Source: Candidatus Sulfotelmatobacter sp.
GTDB taxonomy: Bacteria > Acidobacteriota > Polarisedimenticolia > Polarisedimenticolales > DASRJG01
Length of the DNA stretch: 37,499 nt
Direction: 5' to 3'
Assembly (NCBI GenBank): GCA_035510175.1
Contig: DATKHQ010000061.1
Coordinates: 1-37,499 of the forward strand
The notes under the pieces were generated by a model that had not been told where the DNA came from, did not search any database, and worked only from the letters and a program-made list of their open reading frames with translations. Each line of letters begins with the position of its first letter. Within the stretch, counting starts at the first letter, position 1. This document shows, one piece after another, positions 27,679 through 36,700 of the stretch. The position numbers and the translations under genes were made by a program.

Positions 27679-29643
27679 ATGAGCCTGCGTGGGTGGGGAT
27701 TCCGGTCTTGGGGGGCGAGCGCTGCTGCGGCGCTCGCGGTCGCCGTCCTGCAGGCCCCGATCCTCGGGGCGGAGACCCGGAAGTTCCAGTCCAAGTCGTG
27801 CATCGACTGCCACGGCGCTTTCGTCCAGAAGCTGGCTCCGCTCAAGGTCTTGCACCCCGGCGTGAAGGAGGGGAATTGCGAGAGCTGCCACCTCCGGCAC
27901 GGCATCGTGCCCAAGCTTCTCTTGAAACAGGAAGGCAACGCGCTCTGTCTGAGCTGCCACGCGAAAGAGACGATCGGGCTCGACAAGGCCAACGTGCACT
28001 CGGCGCTCAAGACGGGGAAGTGCGTCCAGTGTCACGACCCGCACGGCTCGAGCGCCCCCCACCTTCTCGCCGGTGAGGGGGCGGGCGCCTGCACGTCCTG
28101 CCACGACCGCAAAGCGTTCGAGCGGCCGGTCGTGCACGCCGTGCTCAAGACGGAGGGCTGCCGGGCTTGCCACCTCGCGCACAGCTCGTCGGAGGCGAAC
28201 CTGCTCGTCAAGGCGGAGGTCCCGCTCTGCCTGTCGTGCCACGATCCGGGCAAGCCGGCGTTCAAGACCGCGCACGGCGGGTACCCCGTCGAGAAAGCCT
28301 CGTGCGTGGGCTGCCACGATCCCCATTCCGCCGAGCAGCCCAAGCTGCTCAAGGCGAGCGCTCACGCCCCTACCGCGGGCGGGAGCTGCGACGCATGCCA
28401 CTCCGGGGCCACGTCGGCGAAGCCCTTCGGTCTCAAGGCCGAGGGCGCGGCGCTGTGCACCTCGTGCCACGACGCCGCGCAGCTCAAGGCGGGCGGGACC
28501 GTCGTCCACGCCCCGTTCGACTCCGGGGACTGCACGTCGTGCCACGATCCGCACGCCTCGGCCCAACCCAAGCTGCTCGCCCGGAAGGGCAATGAGCTCT
28601 GTACGAGCTGTCACACCGATCAGGGCGTCACGCCCGCGTTCCCGCATCCGGCGGTCGACAACGGCTGCGTGACCTGCCACGCGCCGCACGCGGCCAAGAA
28701 CGCGAAGCTCCTCGAGAAGCCGGGCTCGGAGCTGTGCGCCGACTGCCACGGTGAGATCGTCGCCGCCAAGCCGAAGGTCCCGCATGCCCCGTTCGACGCC
28801 GGCGAGTGCGTCGCCTGCCACGATCCCCATGGGTCCTCGACGAAGGGGATCCTCAAGAACCGCCAGGACCAGGTCTGCTTCACGTGCCATTCGGATCAGG
28901 AGCAGGAGTTCAAGCAGGCGACCGTCCACGCTCCGGTGCTGGCGGGAAGCTGCTCCGGCTGCCACCAGCCTCACGGCGGCACGGAGCCGAAGCTGCTCAA
29001 GGCCTCTGGGGCGGCGCTGTGCGCGAGCTGCCACGAAGACCTGATCAAGGAGGAACCCGGCGGGTCGAACCATCCGCCCTTCGCGTCCGGCGACTGCCTC
29101 ACGTGTCACGTTCCGCATGCGTCGTCCGCGCCGCGCCTGATCGGCCAACGGACCGCGGACCTCTGCTACACCTGCCACTCGGACGTGCAGGACGCGTTGA
29201 AGGCGGGGAAGGTCCGGCATGCCTCGGTCGAGGCGGGCGAGTGCACGAAGTGTCACAGCCCGCACAAGTCGAAGCTTCCGAAGTTGCTGCTGGCTCCGGC
29301 ACCCGATCTGTGCGTCACCTGCCACGCCGCGATCAAGACGAAGCTCGCCTCGGAACAGGTGCACCCTCCGGCTGCCCGCGACTGCCTCCGGTGTCACGCT
29401 CCCCATCAGTCCGCGGAGCCCTCGCTGCTCGTCTCGTCTCAGGGATCGCTGTGCGCCGGGTGTCACGACGTCCGGTCCGAGCCGTTTTCGAAGGCGCACC
29501 TCGGCATTGACCCATCCGTGATGAACTGCGTCAGCTGCCACGAGCCTCACGCGTCGAAGGACCCGAAGCTCTTCAAGCCCCAGGTGCACGCGCCGTTCGA
29601 GTCCGGCGCCTGCGAGGAGTGTCATGTCGTTCCGTCGAAGTGA
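27679..29643 (+). CDS. Multiheme c-type cytochrome, 26 CXXCH motifs (13 paired-CXXCH modules)
   Basis: I counted 26 CXXCH in 654 aa. Signal peptide present. Module of about 50 aa: C-x2-CH-DPH-x5-7-KLL-x5-7-LC-x2-CH-x10-13-VH-x-P-x4-6. Confidence 0.9.
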   Translation: MSLRGWGFRSWGASAAAALAVAVLQAPILGAETRKFQSKSCIDCHGAFVQKLAPLKVLHPGVKEGNCESCHLRHGIVPKLLLKQEGNALCLSCHAKETIGLDKANVHSALKTGKCVQCHDPHGSSAPHLLAGEGAGACTSCHDRKAFERPVVHAVLKTEGCRACHLAHSSSEANLLVKAEVPLCLSCHDPGKPAFKTAHGGYPVEKASCVGCHDPHSAEQPKLLKASAHAPTAGGSCDACHSGATSAKPFGLKAEGAALCTSCHDAAQLKAGGTVVHAPFDSGDCTSCHDPHASAQPKLLARKGNELCTSCHTDQGVTPAFPHPAVDNGCVTCHAPHAAKNAKLLEKPGSELCADCHGEIVAAKPKVPHAPFDAGECVACHDPHGSSTKGILKNRQDQVCFTCHSDQEQEFKQATVHAPVLAGSCSGCHQPHGGTEPKLLKASGAALCASCHEDLIKEEPGGSNHPPFASGDCLTCHVPHASSAPRLIGQRTADLCYTCHSDVQDALKAGKVRHASVEAGECTKCHSPHKSKLPKLLLAPAPDLCVTCHAAIKTKLASEQVHPPAARDCLRCHAPHQSAEPSLLVSSQGSLCAGCHDVRSEPFSKAHLGIDPSVMNCVSCHEPHASKDPKLFKPQVHAPFESGACEECHVVPSK

Positions 29644-30943
29644 CGGCCTCCTCGCCCGGCTCGCGGGAAGCGCCATGGCCTCGGTTTTGCTCGCGGGGCC
29701 GGTCGGTGCCGCGCCTCCGTCCGCGCGCCCGGCCGCCGAGGCGGACGACGCGAAGTTCAAGCTCAAGCCCGGAGCCCACGGCAAGGTCTGTCTCGGCTGC
29801 CATTCCGATTTCGAGGACAAGCTGAAGCTGCCCGCGATCCACACGCCCGTCAAGGCGGGCGCGTGCGTGGATTGCCACAGCCCGCACGCCTCCGACCACG
29901 GGAAGATGCTCGCGAAGCCCCCCGAGGCGATCTGCGTGTCGTGCCACGCCACGATCGTCCCGGCCGAGGCGAAGAGTGTGCACGCGGCGCTGCGGAAGGG
30001 GGGATGCGTCGCTTGCCACGACCCGCACGCCTCGCCGAACAAGAACCAGCTCCTCAAGCCGGTCGGCGAGCTGTGCGTCGGTTGCCATCAGGACATCGGG
30101 GCTCAGATCGCGAAGGTCAAGTTCCACCACCCGCCGGTGAGCACCGGCTGCGTCACCTGCCACGACCCGCATGCGTCGGCGAAGTCGGAGACGCTTCTGG
30201 TGCGCGACCAGGGGTCGCTCTGCGCGTCCTGTCACAAGCCGGACCAGCCGGCGATGACCAAGGCCCACATGGGCTATCCCGTGTCGAAGGGGCGGTGCAC
30301 GTCGTGCCACGACCCCCACGGCTCCGACGCTCAGGCGATGCTCTGGCCGAGCGTGCACAAGCCGGTCGCGACCCGCTCGTGCGGCCAGTGCCACAACGAC
30401 CCGGGGTCCGCGAACGCCCTGAAGACCAAGCGCCAGGGGATCGACGTCTGCCGCGGCTGCCATGGCGAGGTCGTGGGCGACGCGATGAACGCAAAGCGCC
30501 TCCACTGGCCGGTGGCGGACAAGATCGCGTGCCTGAACTGCCACGGTCCGCACGCGACCAAGGCGCCGAAGCTCGTGCGCGGGCCGCTGACATCCGTGTG
30601 CGGAAACTGCCACGCCGACACGATCCGGCGTCAGGAGCGCTCGGAAACCAAGCACCCGCCGGTCGAGTCGGGAGACTGCACGAGCTGTCACGCGCCCCAC
30701 GGATCGGACAACCCGTTCCTGCTCGCCGCCCCCGACGAGCTTCAGCTGTGCGGGACCTGTCACGACTGGCAGAACCACACCGGGCACCCGATCGGTCCGA
30801 AGGCGGTGGACCCCCGCAACAAGAACCTCACCGTGAGCTGCGAGAGCTGCCATCGCGCCCACGGCACGGAGTTCAAGCACTTCGCGCATCTGGACACGAA
30901 GGGGGACCTCTGTGTCCAGTGCCACGAAAGGTTCCGGAGGTAA
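29624..30943 (+). CDS. Multiheme c-type cytochrome, 16 CXXCH motifs
   Basis: I counted 16 CXXCH in 439 aa with the same paired module. ATG 29624 is preceded by GAGGAG (29614-19) and overlaps the upstream gene by 20 nt. Alternative ATG at 29675. Confidence 0.85.
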   Translation: MSFRRSDGLLARLAGSAMASVLLAGPVGAAPPSARPAAEADDAKFKLKPGAHGKVCLGCHSDFEDKLKLPAIHTPVKAGACVDCHSPHASDHGKMLAKPPEAICVSCHATIVPAEAKSVHAALRKGGCVACHDPHASPNKNQLLKPVGELCVGCHQDIGAQIAKVKFHHPPVSTGCVTCHDPHASAKSETLLVRDQGSLCASCHKPDQPAMTKAHMGYPVSKGRCTSCHDPHGSDAQAMLWPSVHKPVATRSCGQCHNDPGSANALKTKRQGIDVCRGCHGEVVGDAMNAKRLHWPVADKIACLNCHGPHATKAPKLVRGPLTSVCGNCHADTIRRQERSETKHPPVESGDCTSCHAPHGSDNPFLLAAPDELQLCGTCHDWQNHTGHPIGPKAVDPRNKNLTVSCESCHRAHGTEFKHFAHLDTKGDLCVQCHERFRR

Positions 30944-30946
30944 CCC

Positions 30947-31840
30947 ATGGCCCGAACCGCCGGAGCCGGACTGACGATGCTCGCCGTGCTGCTCGGCGCG
31001 CCCGCCGCGAGCGCGGAGGGAGTCAAGCTGCGGCCGGGACCGGGAATCTACGCCGACGCGAAGAACGCCCCCCTCAGCCTGCCGGAGGGCGTCGCGTGCG
31101 CCGCGACGTCGCTCGTCGTCGCCGACACCGGACACGGCCGCTTCGTCATATACGAGCTGGCCGATCGCCTCGCCACGCCGAAGACCGACTTTCAGGTGCC
31201 CGAGGTTCCCTACCCGATCCGCGTCCGCCTCGACGCGCACGGCGAGATCCTCGCCCTGGATGGAAAATCGCGGCGCATCGCAAGGCTCACCGCCGCCGGC
31301 GCGTTCCAGGGATTCGTCGGCGTGGCCGACGCGCCCGAACCCGTGATCCGGAGCTTCGCCGTCGGCGCCGACGGCCGCCTCTACGTCCTCGACATCGCCG
31401 GGGAGCGGGTGCTCGTGACGGACCCGGCCGGGAAGGTCGAGCGCCGGGTCGCCCTTCCCGCGGACTGCCGGTTCCCCTCGGACGTGACGGTCGATGCCCA
31501 GGGGCGCCTCTACGTGCTCGACAGCGTCGGTGCGCGGATCTTCGCCGCGGCCGCCGGCAAGGCGGAATTCGTCGCGATCGGAGCGAGCCTGAAGGATGAT
31601 CTCGCGTTCGCGACAAGCCTCGGCCTCGACTCCGCGGGGCACCTCGTCGTGATCGACCAGACGGGCGGCGGGATCGTGTTCCTGTCGACGGACGGCTCCT
31701 TCCGCGGGCGGCAGTCGGGGATGGGCTGGACCGACGGGCTGTTGCGCTGGCCGTCCTCGGTGTGCAGCGACGGCCGTGGCGGGCTGTACGTCGCGGATCG
31801 CGAGAACGACCGCATCGCGGTTTTCACCGAGGTGCCCTGA
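30947..31840 (+). CDS. Exported NHL-repeat beta-propeller protein
   Basis: GGAGG lies 8 nt upstream. Signal MARTAGAGLTMLAVLLGAPAASA. Blades include LVVADTGHGRFVIY, DGRLYVLDIAGERVLVTD, QGRLYVLDSVGARIF, GHLVVIDQTGGGIVF, GGLYVADRENDRIAVF. Confidence 0.8.
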   Translation: MARTAGAGLTMLAVLLGAPAASAEGVKLRPGPGIYADAKNAPLSLPEGVACAATSLVVADTGHGRFVIYELADRLATPKTDFQVPEVPYPIRVRLDAHGEILALDGKSRRIARLTAAGAFQGFVGVADAPEPVIRSFAVGADGRLYVLDIAGERVLVTDPAGKVERRVALPADCRFPSDVTVDAQGRLYVLDSVGARIFAAAAGKAEFVAIGASLKDDLAFATSLGLDSAGHLVVIDQTGGGIVFLSTDGSFRGRQSGMGWTDGLLRWPSSVCSDGRGGLYVADRENDRIAVFTEVP

Positions 31841-31876
31841 ATTCTCCCCGGCGTTGCTCCGGCCCCACGGGTCCGC

Positions 31877-33658
31877 TCATCGCGGAGCCTCACCCGCCTC
31901 CGCGGTCGCGAGCAGACGCTGCAGCTCGACGTCGCCCGGCGAGAAACGGGCCGCGGCGGTCAGCTCCACGACCGCCTCCTGTTTTCGGCCGCGGCGCAGA
32001 AGGGCGATGCCGAGCGGCCGGTGCGCCTTCTCGTACGACGGATCGCGGCGCAGCACCTCTTGCAGGCGCTCGATCGCTTCCTCGTTTGCGCCCTCGAGCA
32101 GGAGGGCGTAGCCGAGGTCGAAGATCGCGCCGACGTATCCGGGATCGAGCCGCACCGCTTCCCGGAATTCGGCGATCGCGCCGTCCATGTCGCCGCCGAG
32201 CGCCAGACCGCTCCCGAGGTTGTTGTGCGCCTTGACGTTGTTCGGGTCGTAGCGGATCGCCTCGCGGAATTGCGCGATCGCCTCGTCGCGGCGGCCGAGC
32301 TTGATGAACGCTTCGCCCAGGTTGTTGTGCGCGCCCGCGTGGGAGGGCTCGATCGCGAGCGCGCGCTCGTACTCCTCCACCGCCCGGCCGGGCCGTCCGG
32401 TCTTGGCATAGGCGTTCGCGAGGTTGAACCGTGCGGTCATGCTGTCCGGGCGAATCATCGCCCACTGCGTGTAGAACGCCACCTCGTCGAAGTAGGGCGC
32501 GCGAGAGCGGGAGAGCGCGCCGAGAGCGAGGGCGAGGAGGGCCGCGGCCACGAGGACCGTTCGCTCTCGCGCCGCCCGTCGCGCGATCTCCGAGGCGAGC
32601 GCGGCGCCCGCCAGCACGAGCCCGAGGACCGCCGGGGCGACGTACCGCTCGTCGAACAGCGTCTCCTGCCGCACGAGATTCGCGGTGGGAAGCTGCACGA
32701 CGACGAACCAGCCGATTCCGAAGACGAGCACGGATCGGACGCCGCGTCCGGACCGCCATGCCGTCAGTGCCGCCAGCGCGAGCACGAGCCCGACGACCAC
32801 GAGCTTCGAGGGCGACAGCCACGCCGCGACCGGCGGCTCGTAGAGCAGCGCGCGGAACGGCGTCAGCGTGACCTCGAGCGCGTAGACGTACGTCAGGGGG
32901 ACGTACCCCGGCGTTCCCGTCGACATCTGTCCGCCGGGAAGCACCACGGCGCGGACCGCGGCGTAAGCGGCGAGGACGACGAGGAACGGTGCGGCGCGCG
33001 TGGCGAGGGCCGTCGCGCTCCGTCGCGGCGCTCCGGCAGGCCGGCTCAGCCCGGCCGCTTCGGCCAGCGCGATGACCCCCGGCGTCACGATCGCCGCTTC
33101 CTTGCACAGCAGCCCGGCCGCGAAGACCGCAGCGCTCGCGATCGCGGCCCCCACGGTCCCTCGCAGATAGATCCAGACGGCGGCGACCATGCTCGACGTC
33201 GCCAGCAGCGTGTCGCGACCGGAGACGGGATGGACACACGACGAGACGACCGGGTGGAGGATGAAGATCGCCGCCCCGGCCGCCGCCATCCCAGGGGCGA
33301 GCCCGAAGCAGGGTCTTCGGAACAGCCCGTAGGTCAGCACCGCCAGCGCTCCGGCGAGCGCCACGTTGGCCGCGTGGAACGGCCGGGGGTCGTCCCCCCA
33401 CACGCGGCGCTGGACGAGGAAGCTCGCGGAGGTCACCGGCCGGTAGTAGGGGAGGCCTTCGTAATACGGTCGAGCGAAAAGCTTCGCGATGTCCGCGGCC
33501 GAGCGGGGGACTGCCGGCTTGAGGATCAGGAGGAAGTCGTCGTAGAGAAATCCGTTCCGCAGCGCCGGGAGGTACGCTGCGAGGACGAGCACGAGCAGCA
33601 GGGTCGCCGCCGCGACGGTCTTCCGGTTCGGGGTCGCGGCCTCTTCCAACGTGAGCAT
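31877..33658 (-). CDS. Integral-membrane TPR protein (TMTC/PMT_2-like GT-C N-terminal domain plus C-terminal TPR repeats)
   Basis: MLTLEEAATPNRKTVAAATLLLVLVLAAYLPALRNGFLYDDFLLI (DD motif of TMTC-like proteins), about 9-11 helices, then 5-6 TPR units (AHNNLGEAFIKLGRRDEAIAQFREAIRYDPNNVKAHNNLG..). The track extension to 34426 was rejected. Confidence 0.8.
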   Translation of the reverse strand: MLTLEEAATPNRKTVAAATLLLVLVLAAYLPALRNGFLYDDFLLILKPAVPRSAADIAKLFARPYYEGLPYYRPVTSASFLVQRRVWGDDPRPFHAANVALAGALAVLTYGLFRRPCFGLAPGMAAAGAAIFILHPVVSSCVHPVSGRDTLLATSSMVAAVWIYLRGTVGAAIASAAVFAAGLLCKEAAIVTPGVIALAEAAGLSRPAGAPRRSATALATRAAPFLVVLAAYAAVRAVVLPGGQMSTGTPGYVPLTYVYALEVTLTPFRALLYEPPVAAWLSPSKLVVVGLVLALAALTAWRSGRGVRSVLVFGIGWFVVVQLPTANLVRQETLFDERYVAPAVLGLVLAGAALASEIARRAARERTVLVAAALLALALGALSRSRAPYFDEVAFYTQWAMIRPDSMTARFNLANAYAKTGRPGRAVEEYERALAIEPSHAGAHNNLGEAFIKLGRRDEAIAQFREAIRYDPNNVKAHNNLGSGLALGGDMDGAIAEFREAVRLDPGYVGAIFDLGYALLLEGANEEAIERLQEVLRRDPSYEKAHRPLGIALLRRGRKQEAVVELTAAARFSPGDVELQRLLATAEAGEAPR

Positions 33659-33759
33659 CCGAGCGAGGTCCGAGCGCCGGTGCGCGGGCCGCGATGATAT
33701 CGCAGCGCTCCCTCCGCAGCTTCGTCGAAACCGGTTGACGCCCCCGGAAAGAGACGGTA

Positions 33760-36700
33760 ATGAGTCCGCGAATAGCGTCACGGCACGTGTGTTCGAGGTG
33801 CTTCCTGCGTCCGGTCGCCCGGCTCGCGATGATCTTGACCTTCGGGATGGGATCCGCCGTCCTTGCGGGGAGCCTCGCGCCGCAGCCCGTTTCGTTCTCG
33901 GGCGCCGCCGGCGTTCCCCAGGGGGAGGTGCGCTCGTGGGACTCGGCTCCGGTGGACGTCCCGCGCCTGCTCGCCGAGGATGCGGCCAACGCGAAGATCC
34001 CCGGGATTCCGCTCCGGATCGGTTTTCCGATGGCGGTCGATCTCGAGCCGGCGAACAGCGGAACGTGGGAGACCCTCCCGGGCGGCGACCGCCTATGGCG
34101 CCTCCGCGTGGTCTCCCGCGGCGCGCGGTGGATCGAGCTGGGGTTCGATGCGTTCCGCCTGCGGGCGGGGGCGGCGATGTGGGTCTACGACGCCGGCCAC
34201 CGCACGGTGGTCGGGCCGTACACCTCCGCGGACGTCCGCGATCACGGCGAGCTGTGGCCCCCGCCGATCGAGGGGAGCGAGACGGTCGTCGAGCTCTTGT
34301 GGCCGCGGACGCTCGCGGGCCAGACGCCGCGCCTCCACATCGGGACGGTGTCCCACGGGTACAAGGCTTTCGGGTCGATCGGCCGCGACCTCCTCCCGGG
34401 CGCCGGTGATCTCTCGGCGAACGCATCGGGGTCGTGCAACATCGACATCAACTGCCCGCTCGGCGCGAACTGGCAGGACCAGAAGCGCGGTGTCGTCATC
34501 CTGATGTCGGGCGGATCGTCGTTTTGCTCGGGGTCGATGATCAACGACACCGCGAACGACTGCAAGGCGTACGTCCTCACGTCGTGGCATTGCGGCGCCG
34601 GGGCGAGCACGCAGTTCGGCTTCAACTACGAGCGGTCCGCCTGCGGCAGCGGAGACCCGCCGGGGCCGACGACCTACATGGTCTCGGGCGCGACCGTCCG
34701 CGGCAGTTACTCGACGAGCGACTTCACGCTCCTCGAGATGAGCGCGCTCCCGCCCGACTCGTACAACTTCTACCTGAGCGGCTGGAGCCACGACCCCAAC
34801 CCGGCCACGATGACCTGGGTGATCCATCACCCGAGCGGGGACTTCAAGAAGATCAGCCACGACAACGACCCGCCGGTTGATGGAATCAACTGGGGCCCGA
34901 GCCACTGGCGGATCAACCAGTATGAGCAGGGGACGACCGAGCCCGGCTCGTCCGGCGGGCCGCTGTTCGACCAGAACCATCGGATCGTCGGCCAGCTCCA
35001 CAGCGGCACCGCCTCGTGCACGAGCCTCACGTGGGACGAGTACGGCAAGGTGGCCGTGTCCTGGAGCGGCGGCGGGACGGCCGCCTCGCGCCTGTCCGAT
35101 TGGCTCGATCCGGGAAACACCGGGGCGACGGTGTGGGATGGCCTCGACGGGTCGGTCTGCTACTTCCAGCCCGCGGGAACCATCACGCTCAACCGCAGCA
35201 CCTACTCGTGCTCCGATTCGATGACGATCCACCTGCGCGACGACAACCTGAGGGGGAACCCGACCCAGACCGTCAACGCGAAGTCGACGAGCGAGCCGGC
35301 GGGCGAGACGGTCACGCTGAGCGCGGTCGCGCCCGGCTCCGGCGATTTCCAGGGGAATTTCCCCACGACCGGCGGGGCCGCCGTCACGGGGGACTCCCAG
35401 CTCTCGGTCGCCAACGGCGACACGATCACGGTCACCTACATCGACGCGGACGACGGCGCCGGCGGGACGAACGTTCCGCGGACAGCCACCGCGACCGCCG
35501 ACTGCCTGGCGCCGATCATCTCGGGCGTCGGCTCGACCGACGTCACCGGGAGCTCGGCGCGGATCACCTGGACCACGAACGAGGCGGCCGACAGCCGCGT
35601 CCGGTACGGAACGGCCCCGCCGCCCGGCTCGAGCACGTACGCGGCCCCGCTCGTCACCGCGCACTCGGTGACCCTCACCGGCCTCGCCGAGTGCACGCAC
35701 CACATCTACTCGGTCGAGTCGGCCGATGCGGCGACGAACCTCGCGACCGACAACGCGGGGGGCGCGTACTACGGCTTCGACACGCTCAGGAACACCAATC
35801 CCGCCTTCGCGGGTCCCGGCGGCCTCGCGATTCCCGACAACAACGCGAACGGGGTGACGAGCACGATCTCCGTGTCCGATACACAGACCGTCGTCGACGT
35901 CAACGTGACGGTCAACATCACGCACCCCTACGACGCCGACCTCGAGATCAGCCTCATCGCGCCCAACGGCACGAGCGTCCCGCTCGCGACCCGGCGCGGG
36001 TCTTCGGGCCAGAACTTCGTCGGGACGACCTTCGACGATTCCGCCGCGACCGCGATCTCGGCGGGGTCGGCACCCTTCACGGGATCGTTCCGCCCCGAAA
36101 GCCCGCTCGCGGCGGCCACGGGCATCAGCGCCCAGGGGAACTGGCAGCTGAAGGTCGCGGACCGCGAGGCGGAGGACATCGGGACGCTCGATGGCTGGAC
36201 GCTTTCGCTCCTCTACCCCGGGGAGCCCTGCGGGCCCCACGCCAAGTACGAGACCCACACCCTCGTGCAGGACGCCTGTGCCACGGGCGGCCCGGGAAAC
36301 GGGGACACCTACTGGGATCCGGGGGAGACCGCGCAGTTCTCGGTCACGCTCGAGAACGACGGCACGGTCGCCCTGACCGGGGTCTCGGCGACCCTCGTGC
36401 CGACGACGCCCGGCGTGACGATGATCACGGCGACCGCGACGTATCCGAGCATCGCGACCGGTGCGACCGCCGTCTCGAACGCGCCGCACTTCAAGGCGTC
36501 GCTCCCGACCTCGCTCGCCTGCGGCTCCTCGATCGGCTTCAACGTGGTCGTCAGCTCAGACCAGGGCTCATGGACCACGCCGATGACGCAGACGATCGGG
36601 CACGTGCTCCCCGGCGGCGGCACGCCGATCAACGAAGCCTTCACCTCCGGCATCCCCGGCACCTGGTCGGTGATCGACGGCGGCAGCGGCGGCGGCCCGG

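Noticed and set aside
25735-30057. 1440-aa ORF on the minus strand, the longest in the track
   Set aside because: It lies antisense to the SurA-like and 26-heme cytochrome genes. Its composition is dominated by Arg, Gly, Ala, Leu and Pro with no recognisable motifs. The plus strand carries 26 regularly spaced CXXCH motifs and signal peptides. This is a typical high-GC shadow ORF.
33659-34426. N-terminal extension of track ORF 31877-34426
   Set aside because: The extension is Arg/Pro/Gly-rich and runs antisense into the protease gene. Family-typical sequence begins at ATG 33658 (MLTLEEAA...).
34093-36489. 798-aa minus-strand ORF
   Set aside because: It lies antisense to the untracked plus-strand protease ORF, which has S1 triad and P-domain motifs. 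The sequence is Arg/Gly/Asp/Val-rich and low in information.
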